Of a stretch of DNA of 32,000 nucleotides, positions 24,691 to 31,991 are shown in pieces. Below the pieces are notes generated by a model that saw only the letters and a program-made list of their open reading frames with translations, was not told the origin of the DNA and made no database searches. A program made the translations under genes and the position numbers. Positions within the stretch are counted from its first letter, which is position 1, and every line of letters starts with the position of its first letter. This DNA is from an uncultured archaeon (GTDB lineage Archaea > Iainarchaeota > Iainarchaeia > Iainarchaeales > Iainarchaeaceae), in assembly GCA_964577555.1 (NCBI GenBank), contig CAZNZM010000004.1, positions 55,300 through 87,299 of the forward strand, written 5' to 3'.

Positions 24691-26748
24691 ATGATTAAAA
24701 TACTGGAACTTGAAAACTGGAAAACACACAAAAAAACCCGCCTAGAATTCGAAAAAGGAACAAACGTAATAGTAGGAAAAATGGGAAGCGGGAAATCATC
24801 AATACTTGACGCAATCTCCTTTGCACTATATGGCACATTTCCGTCATTAGTAGCAAAAAAAATAACACTTGAAGAAACAATGATGGCAAAACCCACAAAA
24901 CAAGACATAACAAAAGTAAAACTAATATTCGACTACAACGGCAAAGAATACGAAGTAGAAAGAATAATAAAAAGAAACGGAACCAACGAAGGCTCTCTCA
25001 GAGAATCGGGAAAACTTATTGCGGGGCCAAAAACAAGCGACATAACAAAAAAAATTTCCGAAATAATAGAATCAAACTACGACCTGTTCAGCAGAGCAAT
25101 ATACTCCGAACAAAACCAAATAGACTTCTTCCTAAAAATGACGCCAGCACAAAGAAAAGAAAAACTCGACGAATTACTGGGCTTGGACAAATACGAAAAA
25201 GTAAGATCAAACGCATCCACACTAGCCACCAGAATAAAAAAAATCGCAGAAGACAAGAAAAAAATACTTGAAGACCAAAAAAAGAAAAACAACCCAAACC
25301 AAATAACAGAATATGAAAAACGAATAAATGAAAAAAAAACAGAACTTGAAAGAATAGAAAAATCAATACAACAAACAGAAACAACACTAAAACAAAAGGA
25401 AACAACACTAAAAAAACTTGAAGAAACTGAAAGATTATTTAAGACACTCAAAGAAACAGAAATAAGAGAAAAATCCAAGTTGGAATCAATAATAGAACAA
25501 ATAGAAGCAGGAAAGAAAAAAACAGAAAAAATAAACCCGGAAACAATAAACAAAAAAATCACAGAACTGCAAAACCAACTAACAACAGAAGAAGAAAACA
25601 AAAAAAAATTAGAAAACGAAAAAAAAGAACAAGAAAAAAAAATAACAAACTCAAAAGAAAAAAAAGCAGCTGCAAACAGCATGCTCAACCTAAACACTAA
25701 AAATTCAACAAACATTGCAAGCCTAAAAGCAAATTGCCCAATATGCAGAAAACCACTGACAGAACACGACAAAGAAAAACTTTCAAAAGAAATGAAGGAA
25801 GAACAGGAAAACCTGATAAAACAAATAAAAGAAATAGAAAAAGAAATAGCAAATACTTCAACAAAAATAAACGAAATAGAAAAAAAAATAGCAAACACTG
25901 AACAAAACAAAGAAACACTGCAAAAAGAGATAATTGAAAACAAAAGACTATTAGAAATAGCAAACGAAATAACAACAAAAGAAAAACAAAAAACAATCAT
26001 AGAAGAAAACCTAAAGAAAAACTCGCAAACCATTGCAGAATTAAATTTTGACGAAAAACAACTCAAAGAAGCAAGAAACGAATATTACGCATTGAGAGAA
26101 AAAATGACAAAAGAAAGAACAACAGCCATTTCAACAAAAGACATTATAAAAGAACTTGAAGAAACATACAAAAGAATAAAAGACACACAAAAACAAATGA
26201 TTGAACTTGAAAATCAGATAAAAGAATACGAAACAGCAGCAGAAAAAATGACAATATTCACAAGCGCAACAATGGCAACACAAGCAGAGTTAAGAAATCT
26301 AATGGTGGAAAACATCAACATGGCAATGGAAGAACTCTGGCCGAAAATCTATCCTTACGGCGATTTCTCGCAAATAAAAATAATAGTCAAAGAAGGAAGC
26401 TACGAAATAATGGCGAAACAAAAAAACAATGAATGGACAAGAATAGAAGGAATACTATCAGGCGGAGAAAGAAGCGCAGCAGCAATAACAATAAGAATAG
26501 CGCTTTCCCTGGTGCTTACCCAAAACCTTGGCTGGATAATGCTGGACGAACCAACACACAACCTTGATGCAAACTCAGTAAACAGGCTTGCAGAAACCCT
26601 TGGAACATACCTCCCACAAATCATTGAACAAATTTTCATAATAACACACGACAAAGAAATGGAAAACGCTGCATCTGGAAAATTATACATTTTTGAAAGA
26701 GAAAAAGAAGAAGACGCTCCAACAAAAATAAACAACATAGAAAAATAA
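24691..26748 (+). CDS. rad50: Rad50 DNA double-strand break repair ATPase (short coiled-coil form)
   Basis: Walker A is VGKMGSGKSSILDAISFALYG. A long K/E-rich coiled coil carries the CxxC zinc hook ANCPICRKPL. The signature is LSGGERSAAAITIRIALS, Walker B is IMLDEPTHNLD and the H-loop is FIITHD. Confidence 0.9.
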   Translation: MIKILELENWKTHKKTRLEFEKGTNVIVGKMGSGKSSILDAISFALYGTFPSLVAKKITLEETMMAKPTKQDITKVKLIFDYNGKEYEVERIIKRNGTNEGSLRESGKLIAGPKTSDITKKISEIIESNYDLFSRAIYSEQNQIDFFLKMTPAQRKEKLDELLGLDKYEKVRSNASTLATRIKKIAEDKKKILEDQKKKNNPNQITEYEKRINEKKTELERIEKSIQQTETTLKQKETTLKKLEETERLFKTLKETEIREKSKLESIIEQIEAGKKKTEKINPETINKKITELQNQLTTEEENKKKLENEKKEQEKKITNSKEKKAAANSMLNLNTKNSTNIASLKANCPICRKPLTEHDKEKLSKEMKEEQENLIKQIKEIEKEIANTSTKINEIEKKIANTEQNKETLQKEIIENKRLLEIANEITTKEKQKTIIEENLKKNSQTIAELNFDEKQLKEARNEYYALREKMTKERTTAISTKDIIKELEETYKRIKDTQKQMIELENQIKEYETAAEKMTIFTSATMATQAELRNLMVENINMAMEELWPKIYPYGDFSQIKIIVKEGSYEIMAKQKNNEWTRIEGILSGGERSAAAITIRIALSLVLTQNLGWIMLDEPTHNLDANSVNRLAETLGTYLPQIIEQIFIITHDKEMENAASGKLYIFEREKEEDAPTKINNIEK

Positions 26749-27216
26749 AATGAATAAAACGGCTCACCAAAAAAACGCCAAACAAAACAAAAGACTGCTC
26801 AAAATAAAAAAAATACAAAAAAATAGCCAAACACAAAAAAACTATAAAATCAAAAAAACGGCTCACAAAACAAACAACAAAAAAAGTAAATTCCAAATAA
26901 AAAAACAAACCACTCTACAAAAAAATGACAAAAAAAACGGCTCACTAAAAAAATTAAAAAAAACGTTCAAAAAAAAATCATGAAAAAAAATTGCCTAAAA
27001 AAAAACGGCTCGGAAAAAAACAAAATTTCAAACAAAAAAATACCGAACAAAAAAATAATTCAAAAAAAATGACAAAAAGTGGCTAAAACAAAAAAAACAA
27101 AATTAATTTTAAAAAAATAATTAAAAAAAAATTCTAAAAAAAACAAATCACAAAAAAAACACGCTTAAAAAAATACTTGGATCGCAAAAACAAAAAAAAT
27201 AAAAACAACAAAAAAA
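26749..27216 (+). repeat. Roughly 470 bp degenerate tandem array of A-run plus anchor-motif units between convergent genes
   Basis: CGGCTCAC is at 26760, 26859 and 26938; CGGCTCGG at 27006; GTGGCTA at 27079; TTGGATCGC at 27177. Spacing is about 70-100 bp. aaaatgacaaaaa modules lie at about 26924 and 27066, and aaaaataatt modules are also present. Confidence 0.7.
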
Positions 27217-27405
27217 TTACTTAGACTCCGCCTTTTTTCTGGTAAGAAAACCAGCAATAAGATTTCTGACAGTCTTACTCATGTCCATTCCCAAAGAATC
27301 AATAAAACGCTTATTAGCCTCGAAATCAGTTGTTATCTTATCAGGATAAGTTGCAAGCAAAATATTTGCCTTGCTTTTAATATTCTTAGGAACAGCTTTA
27401 CCCAT
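27217..27405 (-). CDS. rps17e: Ribosomal protein eS17 (S17e)
   Basis: MGKAVPKNIKSKANILLATYPDKITTDFEANKRFIDSLGMDMSKTVRNLIAGFLTRKK matches the archaeal S17e pattern (DFE-NK...SK-RN-IAGY-TR). ATG 27405 overlaps the rpoK stop (TGATG). Confidence 0.85.
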   Translation of the reverse strand: MGKAVPKNIKSKANILLATYPDKITTDFEANKRFIDSLGMDMSKTVRNLIAGFLTRKKAESK

Positions 27406-27611
27406 CAATTCACCTCGACCTTCTCAACCCTTCCATCAGGATACTCCCTTACAACAGCCAAAGGAATAACCTTTTTCTCAAATTCAGCCTTTGCAATATC
27501 AAAAGGAGTTTCATTTTTATGAATTTTCACAAGAGGAGGAGCTCCAAGAGATATTTGAAGAGCCCTGGCACTAATCAAACGCGTAACTTCAAACCTTGTC
27601 AACCTTGCCAT
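27405..27611 (-). CDS. rpoK: DNA-directed RNA polymerase subunit K (Rpo6/RpoK)
   Basis: The start is taken at MARLTRFEVTRLISARALQISLGAPPLV, the conserved LTRFE...RALQIS.GAP motif. IPLAVVREYPDG also matches. Confidence 0.85.
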   Translation of the reverse strand: MARLTRFEVTRLISARALQISLGAPPLVKIHKNETPFDIAKAEFEKKVIPLAVVREYPDGRVEKVEVN

Positions 27612-27798
27612 AAAAACACCTTCTTCAAAATAAGCAAACTCGCATAATCTTGTATCTTGTATAATCACGCACACAAAACATTAAAAAAGATGATTATAAA
27701 AGCACAAAACAGCAAAAAAAACCATTTAAACTAAAAAAAACCAAAAAAAATTAAAAAAAAATAGCCATGCAAATTCAAAAAAAAACACAAATCAGCTA

Positions 27799-29283
27799 TC
27801 AAACCCAGCCACGAACCTCCAAAAGCCCCTTTTCAAGGCGATAAATCTCGGAAAGCTTTTTCAAAACAGAAAGCACAGCACCCTTTCCAACCAATATTTT
27901 TGAATCACTAGCAGAACCAGAACGACAACCAGAACAAACAACCGAACGCTCAACCTCCTTTAAAACAGATGAAGAAAAAGCGTCAACCGAAAAAGCAACA
28001 GATTCCATAAAAAAACCACTCTCACGAGAAGACAACAAAAAAGGCAAAGAACCAAGAATATCAAGACACGCATGCAAACAAGACTTGGCTAACAAAAAAC
28101 CAGAACTCAATTCCAACGCTTGCGAATAAAAAACACCATTAGAAGCAATCGTTGAAACACTAAGACAATCAATAAAATAATTAGCATTCAAAACACAACC
28201 CCTCAACTTTTCAATTTCAACCGACAAAACACTCCGAGACTTAAAACAACTCCAATTCATGGAAGAAACCCCAATTATAAAGCCAGCACCCTGCTCCTGA
28301 ACAGAAATTGCGTCAGGCAAAAGCAAATCACAAACATTGTTCCTAAAAAAAGGGCCACAAGGAAAAAAATCAAAAGAATATTCAAGCTTTCTTTCCAACC
28401 TAGAAGCCTTAAAATCATGCGACTCGTGAAAACCTAAAGCCCAAGACTTTGAAATTGAATTAAAAAAGAAACCATCTTTAAGAAACCTTACCTTCACAAG
28501 AGAAGAAGGCAAAACATTTTGAGCATCAACCGAATCTGGCTTGCAACAAAAACAATTAACCTTGTCAAGACCCAAATTCACATTAGGAAGAGAAATAATC
28601 GCCGACACCAAACGAGAAAAATTAATCTCAGCAGAACCAAAAACCTTTGAAAATCTCTTTTTAAACGAAACAAATTTGGCTTCAAAAGAAAAACCAGAAG
28701 CAAAAAAAACATTTTCAAGAAAAATCACGGCGCGAGACCTGCCGACAGAAAAACGGGAAAACAAAGGAAATTTAAGTAAATTAGAATAAACCACAAGCTC
28801 AAAAAAGTGACGAAGATTCTTATCCTTTGAATCGCCAAAAAGCAATAATAAATCAGAAGCCAATCCAACAAAGTCATTATTCATGACAAAAAGAGGAAAA
28901 CAAACAACTTCATCATCAAAAACAAACAAATCAAAATAACTCCAACCCATTGAAACAAGAAACTGACGTTCAGGTTCTATTATACCAACCTTAAAACAAA
29001 AAAAAGATTCAAGACAATTAGCGGCTGATTTCAAATCCTCAAAAGAATCAAACTTAAGACAAGCATTTGAACCGGAAAAATAAACATTCCTAGGAGAAAC
29101 ACAAGCACACCGCAAAACCTCAATAAAATCCTCTTCAGAAAGCCCATTCAACGGAAAAAACAACCTTGGAAAATACTCAAAAACACGTTCAACCTTGCCG
29201 CTTCTGGACAAAAAAACAACCTTTATCGAAGACCTACCATCATAAATAACATCATACAAAAAATAACAATTGTTTGGGAGCAT
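27799..29283 (-). CDS. Large Cys/Phe-rich hypothetical protein; weak ordered resemblance to the N-terminal/exonuclease/motif A part of family B DNA polymerases
   Basis: This is an intact 494-aa ORF from ATG 29283; the track start 29349 is TTG. Ordered segments are FLYDVIYDG..IKVVFL..GKVERVFEYFPRLFFPL, IIEPERQFLVSMGW, FVFDDE, GFSFEAKF, EYSFD and LDILGSLPF. No KxxxNSxYG or DTDS motif is present. See findings. Confidence 0.45.
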   Translation of the reverse strand: MLPNNCYFLYDVIYDGRSSIKVVFLSRSGKVERVFEYFPRLFFPLNGLSEEDFIEVLRCACVSPRNVYFSGSNACLKFDSFEDLKSAANCLESFFCFKVGIIEPERQFLVSMGWSYFDLFVFDDEVVCFPLFVMNNDFVGLASDLLLLFGDSKDKNLRHFFELVVYSNLLKFPLFSRFSVGRSRAVIFLENVFFASGFSFEAKFVSFKKRFSKVFGSAEINFSRLVSAIISLPNVNLGLDKVNCFCCKPDSVDAQNVLPSSLVKVRFLKDGFFFNSISKSWALGFHESHDFKASRLERKLEYSFDFFPCGPFFRNNVCDLLLPDAISVQEQGAGFIIGVSSMNWSCFKSRSVLSVEIEKLRGCVLNANYFIDCLSVSTIASNGVFYSQALELSSGFLLAKSCLHACLDILGSLPFLLSSRESGFFMESVAFSVDAFSSSVLKEVERSVVCSGCRSGSASDSKILVGKGAVLSVLKKLSEIYRLEKGLLEVRGWV

Positions 29284-29345
29284 GAAAAAGCAACAAAACC
29301 CAAAATTTAAATGCTTTCCAAGGAGTTGAATGCCGGTGCAAAAAT

Positions 29346-29981
29346 TCAAATTTGTTTTTTAAGAGGCCATTTCAAATTTTTATAATGAACCTTTTTACTT
29401 TGCAAAACATTCAATAAAACAGGCACCACAGAAACACCAATTATCAACAATATTACAACAGTCAAAAACTCTGAAGAATCAGGAAATAAAACGCCAAAAA
29501 TAAAACCGGCAGAAATCATTACAGAAGCCCAAAAAAAACCGCCAACAACATTATAAACCAAAAAAACATGATAATCCATTCGCCCAATACCTGCAACAAT
29601 AGGAGCAAAAGTCCTGACAACAGGAACAAACCTAGCCAAAACAATAGCAATCTTGCCATGTTTAGCATAAAAATCCTCAGCCTCCCTAATATGCACAGGA
29701 TCCCTAAAAAAATCACCACTTTTAGTAAAAAACCTGCGCCCAAACTTGTTGCCACTCCAATAACCTACCTGATCACCAAGAACAGCGGAAATAGTAACAC
29801 CCAACAACAAAAACCAATAATCAAAAAAACCCTGCCTTGCAAGAAGCCCAGCAGTAAACAAAAGAGAATCCCCGGGCAAAAAGAAACCAAAAAAAAGCCC
29901 GCTTTCCGCAAAAACTATTAAAAAAATCCCAACATAACTAAAATTCAACAGCAAAGATTCAAGAGAACCAAACAAAACCAT
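29346..29981 (-). CDS. dedA: DedA / VTT-domain membrane protein
   Basis: The DedA signature is YVGIFLIVFAESGLFFGFFLPGDSLLFTAGLLA...GDQVGYWSGNKFGRRFF...HGKIAIVLARFVPVVRTFAPIVAG. ATG 29981 is preferred over TTG 30044. Confidence 0.85.
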   Translation of the reverse strand: MVLFGSLESLLLNFSYVGIFLIVFAESGLFFGFFLPGDSLLFTAGLLARQGFFDYWFLLLGVTISAVLGDQVGYWSGNKFGRRFFTKSGDFFRDPVHIREAEDFYAKHGKIAIVLARFVPVVRTFAPIVAGIGRMDYHVFLVYNVVGGFFWASVMISAGFIFGVLFPDSSEFLTVVILLIIGVSVVPVLLNVLQSKKVHYKNLKWPLKKQI

Positions 29982-30066
29982 TAGAATAAAAAACAATGAT
30001 TTATTTAAAAAAACAATCAGAACAAAAAAAACAATTCTAACCAACTAATTTTGAAAAAAAAATATA

Positions 30067-30648
30067 TCAAAGCAACTTAAAAACATAATACATGTCTAGA
30101 GATTTAATAGGAAACTCTTCAAATTTTCCCATATTAGATTGAATTTTTTTAATTAACCGCTCTTCAACAGAATTTGATTCAGGAGTTCTTGAAACAACAC
30201 ATAAATCTTTTTGAATTCTATTAACTATTGAAAAATTAGACCCATCTTTACTTGGAACTTGAAACACCAAAAATTTTCTAAAAAAAACGTCAAAAACAAC
30301 AAAAAACTTGGTTGAATTTGATTTTACTGATAAACAAACCGTTGGAATTTCATAATTAAAGCCTCCAACTCTAATTTTCAACCTTTCAACATCAAAAATT
30401 TTTTTAAAAACACTAAACATTTTCAATTCATTAAAATAAGACAGCCTGCGATTAAGCAATCTAGTAATTCGAACAGCATCCAACTTTACAACATTATCTG
30501 GTTTTGTCAAATCATAAAACGACTTGTTTTGAACCGATAAGTTCTCAATTAACTCTTTAAAAGCAGCTTCCGCAACGGCTAATTTTGAAGACAAACCCTT
30601 TATCCTTCTTTTTCTTCGACGACTTCTTCTAAAACCGCCAAAAATCAT
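30067..30648 (-). CDS. Hypothetical protein with Arg-rich N-terminus
   Basis: This is an intact 193-aa ORF beginning MIFGGFRRSRRRKRRIKG. A TATA-like box lies about 26 nt upstream. I recognise no family. The composition is ordinary, unlike the minus-strand genes to its left. Confidence 0.5.
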   Translation of the reverse strand: MIFGGFRRSRRRKRRIKGLSSKLAVAEAAFKELIENLSVQNKSFYDLTKPDNVVKLDAVRITRLLNRRLSYFNELKMFSVFKKIFDVERLKIRVGGFNYEIPTVCLSVKSNSTKFFVVFDVFFRKFLVFQVPSKDGSNFSIVNRIQKDLCVVSRTPESNSVEERLIKKIQSNMGKFEEFPIKSLDMYYVFKLL

Positions 30649-30667
30649 CCTTCGATTAAATGATTAC

Positions 30668-30681
30668 AAATTTTTATAATG
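30668..30681 (-). promoter_or_regulatory. TATA-like box for the 30067-30648 gene
   Basis: The + strand reads aaatttttataatg (minus strand cattataaaaattt). It is centred about 26 nt upstream of the start at 30648. Confidence 0.35.
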
Positions 30682-30707
30682 ATTTCCAATGGCAATCAAC
30701 CTTAATT

Positions 30708-30719
30708 AGTATTTTAAAG
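30708..30719 (+). promoter_or_regulatory. TATA-like box for the NurA-like gene
   Basis: agtattttaaag is centred about 28 nt upstream of ATG 30742. Confidence 0.35.
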
Positions 30720-30741
30720 ATGGTTTGCCAACTTGTATTTT

Positions 30742-31833
30742 ATGGAAATTTCTTTTGTAATTGAAAAAACGGTTTCCGCAATACATTCACAAGAAGCAAG
30801 AAAAAAATACGTTGCCGAAAAACTGACACACATAAAGAATAACAAACTCGGCTTTGAATGCGAAGGAATTCCTGAAAATTTTATTTCTTTCCAAGTTGAA
30901 AAATGGGTCCCCGAAGGAAGCATTGCGGGAGTCGATTCTGGATTTATATCAAAAAAACTTGCTTCAATTGACTTGGTTCTTTTGCGAGCAATAGGAGTAG
31001 TATTCAATTTCAAAAACGGGGTTGTTTCTTCAACCAACTATTACCCTGATTATTTTCACTTTCCAGAACCATACTTGGCAGGAGACTCACTTGAATTCGA
31101 CGAAGTAGAACAAAGCACCAGCCTATTGAGATTAAGAGAAGAAATCAGAACAGCAAAATCCATAATTAAAACATACAAACCCAATTACCTTTTCATTGAC
31201 GGTTCAATAGTGCCACAATACCAAGACAAGCCAAGAAAAGAATCAGCACTTTCAGGCAGATACTCGGACATAATTTCCGAATTTGAAACTTTTTATGCTT
31301 GCGCAGAAGAAAATAATTGCACAATTATTGCGACTGTTGAAGATTCGCGAGGGTCAAGATTCAGACAAATTTTACAGGAAGAACTCCTACCCAAATCAAA
31401 ATTAGCCAAGCCTGAAGAACTTAACGGCTTGTTTGATTCGGCCATTTTGGATTATCTGCTTTCTGTCGGCGAACGCAGCTGCGCATTCACCTATACAAAA
31501 AATATTGCACAACACCCGGTGCTCCAAGATTTTAATTCAAAATGGGCAAAAGCAATTTATGGCATGTACTTAAAACCAAGCCTTTATGACAGACCTTTAC
31601 GCGTAGAATTCATATGCCATGGCGGGCTAAAAGAAAAAGCTGACGAAATAGCTTCAGTTGCAATGGCTCTAAGTTCACTGCATCGCGAATACGCATACCC
31701 TTCAGTATTGATTGATGCAGACATGCATGCAAAACTGAATCCTGTTGAAATAGACATAGTGGTCAACAGAATAATGGACAAACTAGGAAATTCAGTCAAA
31801 TTAAAAATGAGAAGAGACAACAGGCCATTTTAA
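30742..31833 (+). CDS. nurA: NurA-domain 5'-3' nuclease (DSB end resection)
   Basis: The NurA-like motifs are SIAGVDSGF near the N-terminus and NYLFIDGSIVPQ (DGS motif), then IIATVEDSRGS. The size is about 360 aa. ATG 30742 is preferred over the track's TTG 30733. Confidence 0.6.
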   Translation: MEISFVIEKTVSAIHSQEARKKYVAEKLTHIKNNKLGFECEGIPENFISFQVEKWVPEGSIAGVDSGFISKKLASIDLVLLRAIGVVFNFKNGVVSSTNYYPDYFHFPEPYLAGDSLEFDEVEQSTSLLRLREEIRTAKSIIKTYKPNYLFIDGSIVPQYQDKPRKESALSGRYSDIISEFETFYACAEENNCTIIATVEDSRGSRFRQILQEELLPKSKLAKPEELNGLFDSAILDYLLSVGERSCAFTYTKNIAQHPVLQDFNSKWAKAIYGMYLKPSLYDRPLRVEFICHGGLKEKADEIASVAMALSSLHREYAYPSVLIDADMHAKLNPVEIDIVVNRIMDKLGNSVKLKMRRDNRPF

Positions 31834-31850
31834 TTACATGGTGAAAAAAA

Positions 31851-31964
31851 ATGATTTGCCCAAAATGCGGTTCAAAAAAATTAAAAAAAACATTTGAAAA
31901 AGGAGTGCAATATAAATGCGAAGATTGCGGTTATGAAGGAAACGTTTTTGAAGATTTATTTTAA
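31851..31964 (+). CDS. Small Zn-ribbon protein (37 aa), below the ORF-track cutoff
   Basis: Hand translation gives MICPKCGSKKLKKTFEKGVQYKCEDCGYEGNVFEDLF, with two CxxC pairs. GGTGA lies 6 nt upstream. It sits between the NurA-like gene and the next gene start. Confidence 0.5.
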   Translation: MICPKCGSKKLKKTFEKGVQYKCEDCGYEGNVFEDLF

Positions 31965-31991
31965 AAAAACGATTGTAAAGGTGTTAAAACA

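Noticed and set aside
25077-26066. Long antisense ORFs rich in F/L/S/C opposite + strand genes. Examples are 25077-26066 (329 aa), 21082-21777, 9841-10383, 16130-16708, 13212-13739, 3433-3906, 5755-6132 and 137-337.
   Set aside because: The complement of an A-rich, T-poor strand is A-poor, so stop codons are rare and long shadow ORFs arise by chance. All are antisense to genes with clear family motifs and are low-complexity.
26750-26983. Lys-rich ORFs lying in poly-A spacers or out of frame within A-rich genes. Examples are 26750-26983, 16756-16944, 23905-24183, 6668-6925, 13248-13628, 18024-18431, 17548-17936, 5467-5730 and 8759-9076.
   Set aside because: They are the trivial reading of A-runs (AAA = Lys, AAC = Asn, ACA = Thr). 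They lack SD or TATA context. They overlap better-supported genes, the tRNA (23905-24183) or the repeat array. Their internal repeats track the DNA motif, not a protein fold.
770-27216. Possibility that the repeated intergenic islands are CRISPR arrays or MITE-type mobile elements.
   Set aside because: There are no fixed-length direct repeats separated by unique spacers, and no cas genes. I saw no terminal inverted repeats or target-site duplications. All copies are in one orientation. They are reported instead as an unexplained motif family.
29982-30742. Calling the composition break near 30,050 a replication origin or terminus.
   Set aside because: The 2 kb to the right looks unskewed rather than mirror-skewed. 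No orc1/cdc6 gene and no ORB-like inverted repeats are visible. The observation is kept only as an unexplained discontinuity.
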